From Balneolaceae bacterium (lineage in GTDB: Bacteria; Bacteroidota; Rhodothermia; Balneolales; Balneolaceae), in contig OZ271855.1 of the NCBI GenBank assembly GCA_965601955.1, positions 2,675,553 through 2,739,552 of the forward strand: DNA of 64,000 nt, written 5' to 3'. Numbering within the stretch: the stretch's first letter is position 1; each line of letters begins with the position of its first letter. This document shows positions 31,645-42,394 of the stretch, piece after piece. Both the position numbers and the translations under genes were made by a program. A model generated the notes under the pieces. That model was not told the DNA's origin. It was given only the letters and a program-made list of their open reading frames with translations, and searched no databases.

Positions 31645-33030
31645 GTGACCGAAAAAATCACCTTTTTTCATAGCAAGAACCTTACACTTTTTAAACCCAG
31701 CAGTCCCGTGGAAACCGAATTTTCAGAGCGCTCAGCCAGCATCGACATACTTATTGAATTTGATATCAATCAGAACCTGGATTATTCCATTGCGGATGAA
31801 CTGGATACAAGAGAAAAAGCCCAGGTTCGAGAATATGTACAAAACATCTTCCGCCGCAGAAGCTACCTGGACTTTTTGATCGATCATTATTCAAGTATCA
31901 GCGTGGAAGAAATGAAAGCTGAGCTAAAAAACATCCTTCGCCTTGGGATTTACGACATGCTGTTTATGGATAGCACTCCTGATTACGCAGCCATTAATGA
32001 AGCGGTTGAGATCGCAAAGTTCAAACTAGGCTCAAAAACAGGTGACCTGGTTAATGCGATCATGCGCAACCTGCAGCGAGATATTGAGAACCTTCCAAAG
32101 CCCGCCTATCCGGATCGAACTAAATTGGTTGCAGCCACTTTTTCTCACCCTGAATGGATGGTAGCACGATGGAGCAAGCGTTTTGGTGAACGAGAAGCAT
32201 TCCAGTTAATGCAAGCCAATAACTCTCGCCCGAATTACTATGTGAGAGTTAACACACTTCGAACCAAGCCTGAAAACTTCGAGCTTCGAATGGATAAAAT
32301 GGGTGTTGAATTCGAAGAAAGTGAGTGGCTTCCAAATTTCTATAAAGTAGATTCAGTACAGCCATTCATCGAAAAAGGACTGCTTTCTAAAGGTTTATGC
32401 CAGGTACAGGATATTGCTGCAGGACTTGCTCCTTTCGTCTTAGATCCGCAACCAGGTGAAAGCATCTATGATTTATGCGCAGCACCAGGCACAAAGTCTA
32501 TCATGATTGCTGATTTGACGGAAGCGAACAGTGATATCCTTGCTGTTGATATTTCCGGGGAACGATTAGAAAAGCTTGCCGAAAGCGCCCTAAGCTTTGG
32601 TGCAGAAAACATCAAAATTCGCCGCGGAGATGTATTGGAACTTTCCCTTCCGTTAGCTGATGCTGTTCTACTAGATGCCCCATGTACTGGAACTGGTGTA
32701 TTGAGTAAGCGAGCTGACTTACGCTGGAGAAGAGATGAAGAAGGACTTAAAAATGCAGTAGCACTTCAAGAACAACTTCTTGAAGAAGCGGCCAATATGG
32801 TTAAACTTGGCGGTCGTCTAGTATACAGCACCTGTTCTATCGAGCCTGAAGAGAATATGGAACAGGTAACCAAGCTCCTTGAAAAGATGGATGACAATTT
32901 TGAGCTTGAACCACTAGAAGATTATGTACCAGAAGAAGTACTCGCTGAAGACGGCAAAGCTTACCAAACCTTCCCTCATATCCATGGATGTGATGGACAC
33001 TTCGGAGTTCTGCTAAAACGAGTCAAATGA
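31645..33030 (+). CDS. rsmB: 16S rRNA (cytosine-C5) methyltransferase RsmB/Sun family
   Basis: NusB-like N-terminal domain. DLCAAPGTKS (SAM binding), DAPCTGTG and YSTCSIEPEEN catalytic Cys motifs. The GTG start is uncertain. Confidence 0.8.
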   Translation: MTEKITFFHSKNLTLFKPSSPVETEFSERSASIDILIEFDINQNLDYSIADELDTREKAQVREYVQNIFRRRSYLDFLIDHYSSISVEEMKAELKNILRLGIYDMLFMDSTPDYAAINEAVEIAKFKLGSKTGDLVNAIMRNLQRDIENLPKPAYPDRTKLVAATFSHPEWMVARWSKRFGEREAFQLMQANNSRPNYYVRVNTLRTKPENFELRMDKMGVEFEESEWLPNFYKVDSVQPFIEKGLLSKGLCQVQDIAAGLAPFVLDPQPGESIYDLCAAPGTKSIMIADLTEANSDILAVDISGERLEKLAESALSFGAENIKIRRGDVLELSLPLADAVLLDAPCTGTGVLSKRADLRWRRDEEGLKNAVALQEQLLEEAANMVKLGGRLVYSTCSIEPEENMEQVTKLLEKMDDNFELEPLEDYVPEEVLAEDGKAYQTFPHIHGCDGHFGVLLKRVK

Positions 33031-33168
33031 GTTTCTAAGTAGCAGAGTGGCAAAGTACCAAAGTGGTTGAGTGGAACAACACTACTTTGGTACTTTGATA
33101 CTTAGTTACTCTGCCACTTTACGACCAGCTGCCCGCCATCAAAAATTCAGACACAGATAAGAAAAGAA

Positions 33169-35847
33169 GTGACTCAAAAATCCCAAATTCCTTCAAAATA
33201 TGATCCTGCTCTAGTTGAGGATAAATGGTATGCCTACTGGATGGAACATAATTATTTCCATTCTGAGGTTGATCATTCTAAAGAACCATTCACCATTGTA
33301 ATCCCCCCTCCTAACGTAACAGGTGTTCTCCATATGGGGCATATGCTCAATAACACTATCCAAGATGTGTTAACCAGACGAGCGCGTATGCAGGGTAAGA
33401 ATGCTCTATGGGTTCCGGGAACAGATCACGCTTCTATTGCTACTGAGGCAAAAGTAGTACGAAAGCTCCGTGAAGAAGGCATCAAAAAAAGTGATTTGTC
33501 ACGCGATGAATTTCTTGAGCATGCATGGGAATGGACTCATAAACATGGCGGGATTATCCTTGAGCAATTAAAAAAGCTTGGCGCTAGCTGCGATTGGGAC
33601 CGCACTGCTTTCACCATGGATGAAAAATATTCCGAAAGTGTTATAGACACCTTCATTGATCTGTACAGCAAGGGAAAGATTTACCGTGGTGCCAGGATGA
33701 TTAATTGGGACCCTGCTGCACTAACGGCTTTAAGTGATGAAGAGGTAATCCACAAAGAAGTTCAGTCCAAGCTTTATTACGTTCGATACCAGGTTTCTGG
33801 AACCAACGATTTTGTAACTATTGCCACAACACGGCCTGAGACTATCCTTGGAGATACAGCAGTATGTATCAACCCTAAAGATAAGCGCTATACTCACCTG
33901 CATGGTAAAAAGGCGATCGTACCATTAGTAAATCGCGAGATCCCCATCATTCTGGATGATTATGTAGATATTGAATTCGGTACTGGTTGCCTAAAGGTTA
34001 CCCCTGCTCACGATGTAAATGATTACGAACTCGGAGAAAAACACAACCTGGAAACCATCAACATGATGAATGCGGATGGTACCATTAGTGAAGAAGGTGA
34101 ACTCTACATCGGTATGGACCGCTTCGAGGTTCGAAAGCAAATCACTAAGGATTTGGAAGAAGCCGGCCACATGGTAAAGGTTGAAGACTATGCAAACAAA
34201 GTCGGTTACTCAGAAAGAACCGACGCTGTAATTGAACCTCGTCTCTCCCTTCAGTGGTGGGTGGCCATGAAAGAACTTTCTCAGCCTGCCCTTGAGAATG
34301 TGATGAATGACAATGTTCAATTCCATCCGGCTAAGTTTAAGAACACCTATCGCCACTGGATGGAAAATGTTAAAGACTGGTGCATAAGCAGGCAGCTTTG
34401 GTGGGGACATCGTATTCCTGCTTATTACTACGGAGAAGGTGACGATGATTTTGTAGTTGCAAAAACGTTGGAAGAGGCTGTTCAGCTTGCTCAGGAGAAA
34501 TCAGGAAATGCTTCACTAACTGCATCCGATCTATCTCAGGACGAAGATGTACTTGATACCTGGTTTTCCTCCTGGTTATGGCCTATTTCTGTATTTGATG
34601 GGTTTTATACCGAAGAGGAAGTGGATTACTACTACCCTACCAATGACCTGGTAACTGCCCCGGAGATTATGTTCTTTTGGGTAGCACGTATGATTATCGC
34701 AGGTTATGAATACCGAGGAGACCTCCCCTTCCGAAATGTGTATTACACCGGGATCGTACGGGACAAAATAGGCCGGAAAATGAGTAAGAGCCTTGGAAAC
34801 TCACCAGAACCTTTAGAGCTGATTTCAGAATATGGAGCAGACGGAGTTCGAATGGGCATGCTCTTCTCCACCCCTGCTGGAAATGATTTACCTTTTGACC
34901 CGGCTATTTGTGAGCAGGGAAAGAAATTCTCCAATAAAATCTGGAATGCCTTCCGCTTCCTAACTATGAATATGGAAGAAGGGGTCGAGTATTCCCCAAC
35001 ATTAGATATCGACTCTGATAACCTAGTTGACCGGTGGATGATGGCTCGTATCCAACAGACCATTTCCGGTGTTAATGATGATTTTGAGAACTATAAGCTG
35101 AATGATGCCCTCAAAAAGGTGTACTCTTTGATTTGGGATGATTTCTGTGACTGGTATATCGAATTAGCGAAGCCAGATAATTATGGGGATTCTTTTGATC
35201 CACAAAAAATGAATGTGGCCCTTGGCTTCTTTGAACAGTTGATGAAGCTTCTCCATCCTTTTATGCCATTTATTTCGGAAGAAATCTGGCAGTACATCCA
35301 GGATAGAAAGCCTGAAGAAGCCCTGGTAATCTCGGAATGGCCTGTTTATGATTCTTCTTTCGATAGCCAGGAAGATGTTAAGCTATTCCAGACTATGCAG
35401 GAAATGGTTTCATCATTGAGGAATATTCGTGCTGAAATGGGAGTCTCTCCAAAAGAAGAATTAGAGTTGCTCATCAAAACGAAAGATGCTCCAATTGCTG
35501 AGGCATTATCGAGCAATGAATGGGTATTCAACAAGCTTCAAAGCTTGAAGTCTATTGATATCTCCGAAAGCATCGAAAAGCCAAAAGCATGTTCATCTGC
35601 CATTGTGAATGGTCACGAGCTTTATGTTCCTCTTGCTGGTTTAATTGATGTAGAAAAAGAACGTGAGCGTATTCAAAAAGAGATTGATAGGATCGAAGGA
35701 TGGCTCAAAGGAGTGAATGGAAAGCTCAGCAACAAGAATTTTGTTGACAATGCCCCGGAAGCTGTTGTTGAAAATGAGCGGAACAAAAAACGTGATGGTG
35801 AGGCAAATCTTTCTAAATTGCGTGAGCAATTGAAGGATTTTGAATAA
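33169..35847 (+). CDS. valS: valine-tRNA ligase
   Basis: 892 aa. HMGH (HIGH-type) and KMSKS motifs, C-terminal coiled coil. GTG start. Confidence 0.95.
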   Translation: MTQKSQIPSKYDPALVEDKWYAYWMEHNYFHSEVDHSKEPFTIVIPPPNVTGVLHMGHMLNNTIQDVLTRRARMQGKNALWVPGTDHASIATEAKVVRKLREEGIKKSDLSRDEFLEHAWEWTHKHGGIILEQLKKLGASCDWDRTAFTMDEKYSESVIDTFIDLYSKGKIYRGARMINWDPAALTALSDEEVIHKEVQSKLYYVRYQVSGTNDFVTIATTRPETILGDTAVCINPKDKRYTHLHGKKAIVPLVNREIPIILDDYVDIEFGTGCLKVTPAHDVNDYELGEKHNLETINMMNADGTISEEGELYIGMDRFEVRKQITKDLEEAGHMVKVEDYANKVGYSERTDAVIEPRLSLQWWVAMKELSQPALENVMNDNVQFHPAKFKNTYRHWMENVKDWCISRQLWWGHRIPAYYYGEGDDDFVVAKTLEEAVQLAQEKSGNASLTASDLSQDEDVLDTWFSSWLWPISVFDGFYTEEEVDYYYPTNDLVTAPEIMFFWVARMIIAGYEYRGDLPFRNVYYTGIVRDKIGRKMSKSLGNSPEPLELISEYGADGVRMGMLFSTPAGNDLPFDPAICEQGKKFSNKIWNAFRFLTMNMEEGVEYSPTLDIDSDNLVDRWMMARIQQTISGVNDDFENYKLNDALKKVYSLIWDDFCDWYIELAKPDNYGDSFDPQKMNVALGFFEQLMKLLHPFMPFISEEIWQYIQDRKPEEALVISEWPVYDSSFDSQEDVKLFQTMQEMVSSLRNIRAEMGVSPKEELELLIKTKDAPIAEALSSNEWVFNKLQSLKSIDISESIEKPKACSSAIVNGHELYVPLAGLIDVEKERERIQKEIDRIEGWLKGVNGKLSNKNFVDNAPEAVVENERNKKRDGEANLSKLREQLKDFE

Positions 35848-35873
35848 TCACTCCATGTTTGGGTGCTCGACCT

Positions 35874-38171
35874 ATGAAAACATTTTCTCTTCAACCTGAA
35901 GAACAAGGGCAATCTCCCGATTTTCTAACCGGGCTTAACAAACAGCAGCACGAAGCGGTTACGCATACCAAAGGCCCATTGCTGATTGTAGCGGGAGCTG
36001 GATCAGGAAAGACCAGGGTACTTACCTATCGCATTGCCTATCTGCTGCAACAGTTTAAAGCTGCTCCTCACGAGATTCTGGCCCTTACTTTTACTAATAA
36101 GGCTGCCAGGGAAATGAAAGACCGGATCAAAAACCTGATCGGTGATAAAGCTCAAAAATTATGGATGGGCACCTTCCATTCCATCTTTTCGAAAATACTT
36201 CGTTTTGAAGCTGAAAAACTTGGATATGGTCAGGATTTCACGATTTATGACACCAGTGATTCAGAAACAGTCATTAAGCAAATTCTCCAGGAACTGAATT
36301 TCGATCCCAGGGAAATCAAGCCTAAGACCATTCGGAATAAAATCAGTGATGCCAAGAACCAGTTGATCGATCCGGATAACTACCAGGAACGCTTTGTGAG
36401 CTCTACTCTCGATGACATCACTGCAAGGGTATATGCCATTTACGTGAATCGCCTAAAGCAAAGCAACGCAATGGATTTTGATGATTTACTTGTCAAGCCT
36501 ATTGAGCTTTTTGAAGAACATCCAGATATCCTAGAGAAGTACCAGGATCGTTTTAAATACATCTTAATTGATGAGTACCAGGATACCAATCACGCCCAGT
36601 ACAAAGTGACTAAAATGCTGGCTAATAAGTATAAAAATATCTGCGTGGTTGGGGATGATGCACAAAGTATTTACTCATTCAGAGGTGCAGACATTACCAA
36701 TATCCTTTCTTTCCAGGAGGATTATGACAATGCAAAACAGGTACCATTAGAACAAAATTATCGCTCAACACGAGCTATTCTACAGTGTGCAGATTCTATC
36801 ATCAAAAAGAATAAGAAACAGCTGGAAAAGACGCTCTGGACAGAAAAGGAGCTTGGAGAACCAATCATCCTGCTCAAGAATTATGACGACAGGGATGAAG
36901 CAAACCGGGTAGCCCAATACATCCTGGAGTTGAAAATGCGGCATGGCTATAAAAATAATGAGTTTGCCATCCTGTACCGTACCAATTATCAATCTCGTGT
37001 TTTTGAAGAAGCACTTCGGCGCCACGATATAGCTTACCAGCTCATTGGAGGCCTCTCCTTCTATCAACGAAAAGAGATTAAAGATGTATTAGCCTATCTC
37101 ACGCTCCTGGTCAACAAGCACGATGAAACCAACCTTATTCGAATCATCAATGAGCCTTCGAGAGGAATTGGCAACAAGAGCATCAATGATTTAAGAAATA
37201 CAGCCAGAGAACAGGGAGTTTCTATCTGGAGTATGCTTGAACGGGTTGAGCAAACCGATGTATACAAACCTGCCAAAGTTCGAATCCGTGAATTCGTCAA
37301 TATGATGAATGCCCTGAGCAAGGACTTAAAAGAAGGAAGAAGCCTAACTGAAGTTACCAGATCGGTATTAGAACAAAGTGGATATATGAAGGCTTTGGTA
37401 GAAGAAAATTCTCACGATTCCATGATGCGTAGAGAGAACGTGCTGGAATTTCAGAACGCCATCTCTTATTACGAAAAAGGAGCTTCTAATCCTTCTCTAA
37501 GTGCATTCCTGCAGGAAATCAGCTTGATAACCGACGGCGATAAATTTGACGAAAACAAACCAGCAGTCACATTAATGACCGTTCACGGTTCGAAAGGGCT
37601 GGAATTCCCTGTGGTGTTCGTGGTTGGTTTGGAAGAAAACCTCTTCCCTGTTGGAGCCAGAGATGGTTTTGATGCAGATATTGAAGAAGAACGACGTTTG
37701 TTTTATGTGGCCATCACCAGGGCTGAACAAAGATTGTATTTCAGCTATTGCCAGACCCGTTTCAAGTTTGGAGAAGAGCAACAGCAATTGCGGTCTCGGT
37801 TTCTGGATGAAGTAGATCCTGGCATAGTAAGAACCGAAACGGGAGCAACAATTAGTCAGAGGAAAGATCGTTTCACTCTCGACAATGCATCAACAGAGAA
37901 GAAATCCGGTTTTGCAGATATTGAATATGATTGGGACAAACCCATTACGAAGAAGACAACTTCTTCAGCTACGACAACCATACAATATGACTATCAGGAT
38001 GGAGAGGATCCTTTCCAGGTTGGCGCCCAGGTACTCCATGCCAAGTTTGGTCCTGGAAAAATAATCAGCAGGAGTGGATTAGGAATGGATGCAAAAGTTG
38101 TCGTATTTTTTAAATCAAGAGGACAAAAAAAGCTTATGTTGAGGGCTGCCCCTCTTCAAATCATCGAATAG
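35874..38171 (+). CDS. uvrD: UvrD/PcrA-type SF1 DNA helicase
   Basis: AGAGSGKT, DEYQDTN, VGDDAQSIY, QNYRS, TVHGSKGLEF motifs. The track start 35859 is TTG; the first ATG is at 35874. Confidence 0.9.
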   Translation: MKTFSLQPEEQGQSPDFLTGLNKQQHEAVTHTKGPLLIVAGAGSGKTRVLTYRIAYLLQQFKAAPHEILALTFTNKAAREMKDRIKNLIGDKAQKLWMGTFHSIFSKILRFEAEKLGYGQDFTIYDTSDSETVIKQILQELNFDPREIKPKTIRNKISDAKNQLIDPDNYQERFVSSTLDDITARVYAIYVNRLKQSNAMDFDDLLVKPIELFEEHPDILEKYQDRFKYILIDEYQDTNHAQYKVTKMLANKYKNICVVGDDAQSIYSFRGADITNILSFQEDYDNAKQVPLEQNYRSTRAILQCADSIIKKNKKQLEKTLWTEKELGEPIILLKNYDDRDEANRVAQYILELKMRHGYKNNEFAILYRTNYQSRVFEEALRRHDIAYQLIGGLSFYQRKEIKDVLAYLTLLVNKHDETNLIRIINEPSRGIGNKSINDLRNTAREQGVSIWSMLERVEQTDVYKPAKVRIREFVNMMNALSKDLKEGRSLTEVTRSVLEQSGYMKALVEENSHDSMMRRENVLEFQNAISYYEKGASNPSLSAFLQEISLITDGDKFDENKPAVTLMTVHGSKGLEFPVVFVVGLEENLFPVGARDGFDADIEEERRLFYVAITRAEQRLYFSYCQTRFKFGEEQQQLRSRFLDEVDPGIVRTETGATISQRKDRFTLDNASTEKKSGFADIEYDWDKPITKKTTSSATTTIQYDYQDGEDPFQVGAQVLHAKFGPGKIISRSGLGMDAKVVVFFKSRGQKKLMLRAAPLQIIE

Positions 38172-38188
38172 ACGGTAAATTAAAGATT

Positions 38189-39709
38189 GTGATTAGGATA
38201 GTAAGTGCCATATTAATGGTTCTGGCGGGAATGGTATCTGTCGTAGCTCAGCCTGTGCTTACGCCCAGAAATGTTGCTTTGGGGGGTGGTGGAAGTTCTT
38301 ATCTAACCGACTATTCTGCCAATTTCTATAACCCAGCAAACCTTCTCATCCAGGACAGGCAACGAAATGTTGATTTCGGGCTTTTTATTACAGGCACCTA
38401 TTTCAATGCCGTTCAAAACTTTCGGGATATTGATCAACAATCAGGAAACTTATCTGATTACCTCTCAGCCTTCGAACCTGGTAGATATGCTATTACTGCG
38501 ACCGACAGAGAAGAAATACTGGACGAAAATTATATCCGAGATAGAAATACCTCCCTTCATCAGACACGTTTAGACCTAATATTACTAGGCTTTAAATGGA
38601 GAAATGATGACCGGGCCTTTTCGTTGGCTATTCGCAATCGGATATCATCCAGCTTTGAAGTAGGCCGTGGCTGGTATTCCAATGAATTACAGGAAATTGA
38701 TGGGCTGGAAAGCCTTGATCTCAGTCTTACCCACCGATATCAATCTTTATATGAAGTTTCTTTGGGATACTCAGAGTCTTTTGACTTCTTTTCTGATATG
38801 ACCCCACGATTGGATGAGTTTTACTTCGGAATAGCTCCAAAGCTTGTACTCGGTGGAGCTTACCAGGACGCAAAATGGAAAAATGTGTACTCTTCTACCG
38901 GCGGTACTAATCAATTGATAGAAGAATTTAGATATAATGCATCCGGGAACTTTGGAATAGCTACTGAGCAATACCTGGGTGGAGTAGCTGCAGAAACCGC
39001 GCTGACTCAGAATATCTCGGATGAAATTTTTAATCCCTATGGCATTGGAGCCGGAATCGACATTGGCTTCACTTACCTCGTTACTTTGGGGAGCGATTTA
39101 TCAACTATTAGCGAGAATAATCAGCAAACCAATAAATCCCTGAGGCTCTCCTTCTCCATCACAGATATTGGTTTTGTAAACTATACCGAAAATGGCATTG
39201 ATCTAACTACAGCAAGGGATACTTCTTCGGCACTGTCTATCCCTACTGGAATATCTAATGACGCATTTGTTGGAGCTCCCGGACAGTTTATCGATTACAT
39301 TGACAAATATGTTAGAGAAAATGCTGAAATACAAAACCCCTTCGATCTTGCTCAACGGGAAACAGGCAGTTTTTCGGTATTACTCCCAACCGCTATCCAT
39401 GCCGGGGCTCTCCTGGAAATCAACCGGATTAAATTGATGGGTGATTTAAGCATTGGTTTAACCAATAATGCCTTCAATTCTACAAAACTTGTGGCTTCAG
39501 CGGGAATTGAGATTCGTCCCCTGAAGTTTTTACCCATTCGAGCAGGAACTCAATTAGCTACCGAACTACCCAACTACTTCAGCTTTGGTACTGCCATCGA
39601 AACCCGGCTTTGGGACTTATCCATTGCTACGCAATTTGTTTCCAGGACATTTAGCGACAACCCTACCATCACCGGGGTCACCGTGGCAGCGCTGCAATTT
39701 CATTTCTAA
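38189..39709 (+). CDS. hypothetical outer-membrane beta-barrel protein
   Basis: Signal peptide, alternating beta-strand-like pattern, and a C-terminal aromatic residue (..LQFHF). Confidence 0.55.
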   Translation: MIRIVSAILMVLAGMVSVVAQPVLTPRNVALGGGGSSYLTDYSANFYNPANLLIQDRQRNVDFGLFITGTYFNAVQNFRDIDQQSGNLSDYLSAFEPGRYAITATDREEILDENYIRDRNTSLHQTRLDLILLGFKWRNDDRAFSLAIRNRISSSFEVGRGWYSNELQEIDGLESLDLSLTHRYQSLYEVSLGYSESFDFFSDMTPRLDEFYFGIAPKLVLGGAYQDAKWKNVYSSTGGTNQLIEEFRYNASGNFGIATEQYLGGVAAETALTQNISDEIFNPYGIGAGIDIGFTYLVTLGSDLSTISENNQQTNKSLRLSFSITDIGFVNYTENGIDLTTARDTSSALSIPTGISNDAFVGAPGQFIDYIDKYVRENAEIQNPFDLAQRETGSFSVLLPTAIHAGALLEINRIKLMGDLSIGLTNNAFNSTKLVASAGIEIRPLKFLPIRAGTQLATELPNYFSFGTAIETRLWDLSIATQFVSRTFSDNPTITGVTVAALQFHF

Positions 39710-39825
39710 GCCTGACAGTTTGCCTTGCATCTCTGACAGGAATCGTTTTTCCTGACTCTTTGTAGCAACTCGTAATTATGGCTTCGTGTTTGCGTTTTGG
39801 ATTTCAAATGCTAAAAAAGGACTGA

Positions 39826-42351
39826 ATGAAATTAAGATTAGATTTCGTAGACGATTTTGATCAAAATGATGATAGCTTCGAAGACTTCGAAACATCCATC
39901 CCCTTACTTTCTGAAGAGGAAGAACAAGCCTTAAGCGAGGCAAAAGTACCAGAAACACTTCCTATCCTCCCTCTGAAGAATACCGTTCTTTTCCCCGGAG
40001 TTGTTGTACCCATTACGGTTGGGAGAGACCGTTCACTTGCACTGGTAAAAGAAGCCTATGCTGGTGATAAGACTATTGGGGTGGTTACTCAAAAGGATAT
40101 GGATGTGGAGGAACCGAACTATGAAGATCTATATACTATCGGTACCGTAGCTCAAATCTTAAAGCTCATCAAGATGCCGGATGGCTCCCGAAGCATCGTA
40201 ATCCAGGGGAAATCAGTATTTGAAGTCGAAGAATTCACCCAGGATCAACCGTATTTCCAGGCAAAGGTAAAGCCCTTTCCAAAAGAAATGGATATCCAGG
40301 GTCTTGAACTAAGTGCCTCCATCCGAAATGTGAAGGAAACCGCCGTAGATATCATCAACAAATCTCCCAACATCCCTTCTGAAGCGGCTGTAGCATTAAG
40401 CAACATCAACAGCCCTACTTTTCTGCTCAACTTCATTGCATCCAACCTGAATGTGGATTTGGATGAGAAACAAGACTTACTCGAAACCCCAAAGTTCTCC
40501 ATGAACCTTGAGAAGATCATGGAATTCCTGGAGCAGGAACTCCAGGTTCTAAATATGAGCGAGAAAATCCGAACGAAGGTTAAATCGGATATTGATGATC
40601 AGCAGCGAGAGTTTTACCTGCGTCAGCAAATGAAAGCCATCCAGGAAGAACTGGGTGAAGGTGCTGAACAACAGGAAGTAGATAAGCTTAGAAAAAAGCT
40701 TGAGGAAAAAAAGCTTCCGGATTATGCTCGTGAAGTAGCTGAGAAAGAGCTTCAACGATTGGAGATGACTCCAAATGCTTCTCCAAATTATGGAATTATC
40801 CATGGCTACCTGGAATGGATTTTAGATCTGCCGTGGGAAGAGTATTCTGAAGATAAGCTCGACCTCGAGTTTGCGCGAGCTGTTTTGGATGAAGATCACT
40901 ACGGGTTGGAGAAAGTTAAAAAGAGAATTATTGAGTATCTGGCTGTCCTAAAGCTAAAGCAGGACATGAAAGCCCCAATTTTGTGTTTCTACGGCCCTCC
41001 GGGTGTTGGTAAGACGTCACTTGGTAAATCGATTGCACGTGCCTTAAACAGGGAATTTGAGCGCTTCAGCTTAGGAGGAATCCGTGATGAGGCTGAAATC
41101 CGTGGACACCGAAGAACTTACATTGGCGCCCTTCCTGGTCGAATTATCCGATCGATGAAAAAAGCCGGGAAAGGAAACCCAGTAATTATGCTGGATGAGA
41201 TTGATAAAGTAGGTGCCGATTATCGAGGGGATCCTACCTCTGCCCTGCTTGAAGTATTGGACCCCGAGCAAAACGATACCTTCAGTGACAACTACCTGGA
41301 ACTGGAATATGATCTGTCCAGGGTACTCTTTATTGCTACCGCTAATTCTTTGGAAACTATCCCTGGTCCATTGAGGGACCGTATGGAGATCATTAACATT
41401 AGTGGTTACACGCTTGAGGAGAAATCGGAAATCGCCAAGAAGTACCTGATTCCAAAGCAGATCAAAGAAAACGGGCTAAAAGACGAGCAGATTGAAATCT
41501 CTGAGAAGGCTATTAAGAAAATCATTGATGAATACACCCGTGAATCCGGAGTTCGTAACCTAGACCGCCAGGTTGGAGCCGTTTGCCGCGCAGTAGCAGC
41601 AAAAGTCGCTTCCGGTGAGCTGGAGCAATATAGCGTTGACGTTCCCGATATCGAGGACTTCCTGGGCAAACAAAAGTTCTATAGTGATATAGCGGAACGC
41701 ACCACGGTTCCCGGTGTGGCTACCGGACTAGCCTGGACTCCTTTTGGTGGAGATATCCTTTTCATTGAAGCCAGTGTTTCAAGAGGATCAGGAAAGCTAA
41801 ATATTACCGGTCAGCTTGGAGATGTGATGAAGGAATCGGCCATGCTTGCCATCTCTTACCTGAAAGCCCACGCTGAAACCACTGGTATTCCAGAAGAAGC
41901 CTTCAAATATTGGGATTTACATATCCATGTGCCCGCAGGAGCCGTTCCTAAAGACGGCCCTAGCGCTGGTGTCTCGTTGATGAGCGCGATTGCTTCCATC
42001 TTCACCCAGAGAAAAGTAAAAGGAACGGTTGCCCTTACCGGTGAGATCACCTTGAGAGGCCTTGTTCTTCCTGTTGGAGGGATTAAGGAAAAAGTATTGG
42101 CAGCCAAGCGTGCCGGCATCAAAAAAGTCCTTCTGCCTAAAAAGAATGAAAAAGATGTATCCGAAATAGAAACGGATGTAATCGGCAACCTGGAAGTGGA
42201 CTACCTCGAACGAATGGATTCGTTACTGGATATCATCCTCGAAAAAGACGCCGTACGAGATGTGAAAGAGTTCTTCAAAGTGAGTGATGCCCATCGAAAA
42301 GCGGTGGCGGGCAAGAATGGAAAAGAGGAAGTGAGTAAAGTGGAGAGTTGA
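39826..42351 (+). CDS. lon: ATP-dependent Lon protease
   Basis: 841 aa. Walker A GPPGVGKTS and catalytic-Ser context PKDGPSAG. Confidence 0.95.
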   Translation: MKLRLDFVDDFDQNDDSFEDFETSIPLLSEEEEQALSEAKVPETLPILPLKNTVLFPGVVVPITVGRDRSLALVKEAYAGDKTIGVVTQKDMDVEEPNYEDLYTIGTVAQILKLIKMPDGSRSIVIQGKSVFEVEEFTQDQPYFQAKVKPFPKEMDIQGLELSASIRNVKETAVDIINKSPNIPSEAAVALSNINSPTFLLNFIASNLNVDLDEKQDLLETPKFSMNLEKIMEFLEQELQVLNMSEKIRTKVKSDIDDQQREFYLRQQMKAIQEELGEGAEQQEVDKLRKKLEEKKLPDYAREVAEKELQRLEMTPNASPNYGIIHGYLEWILDLPWEEYSEDKLDLEFARAVLDEDHYGLEKVKKRIIEYLAVLKLKQDMKAPILCFYGPPGVGKTSLGKSIARALNREFERFSLGGIRDEAEIRGHRRTYIGALPGRIIRSMKKAGKGNPVIMLDEIDKVGADYRGDPTSALLEVLDPEQNDTFSDNYLELEYDLSRVLFIATANSLETIPGPLRDRMEIINISGYTLEEKSEIAKKYLIPKQIKENGLKDEQIEISEKAIKKIIDEYTRESGVRNLDRQVGAVCRAVAAKVASGELEQYSVDVPDIEDFLGKQKFYSDIAERTTVPGVATGLAWTPFGGDILFIEASVSRGSGKLNITGQLGDVMKESAMLAISYLKAHAETTGIPEEAFKYWDLHIHVPAGAVPKDGPSAGVSLMSAIASIFTQRKVKGTVALTGEITLRGLVLPVGGIKEKVLAAKRAGIKKVLLPKKNEKDVSEIETDVIGNLEVDYLERMDSLLDIILEKDAVRDVKEFFKVSDAHRKAVAGKNGKEEVSKVES

Positions 42352-42394
42352 TTAGTTAGGCTCTCTCATGAGCTATTTGTAACTATACAAAAAA

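Noticed and set aside
33031-33168. T-box riboswitch upstream of valS.
   Set aside because: The spacer is only 138 nt and lacks the conserved T-box sequence and specifier-loop architecture. It is kept only as an unexplained palindrome.
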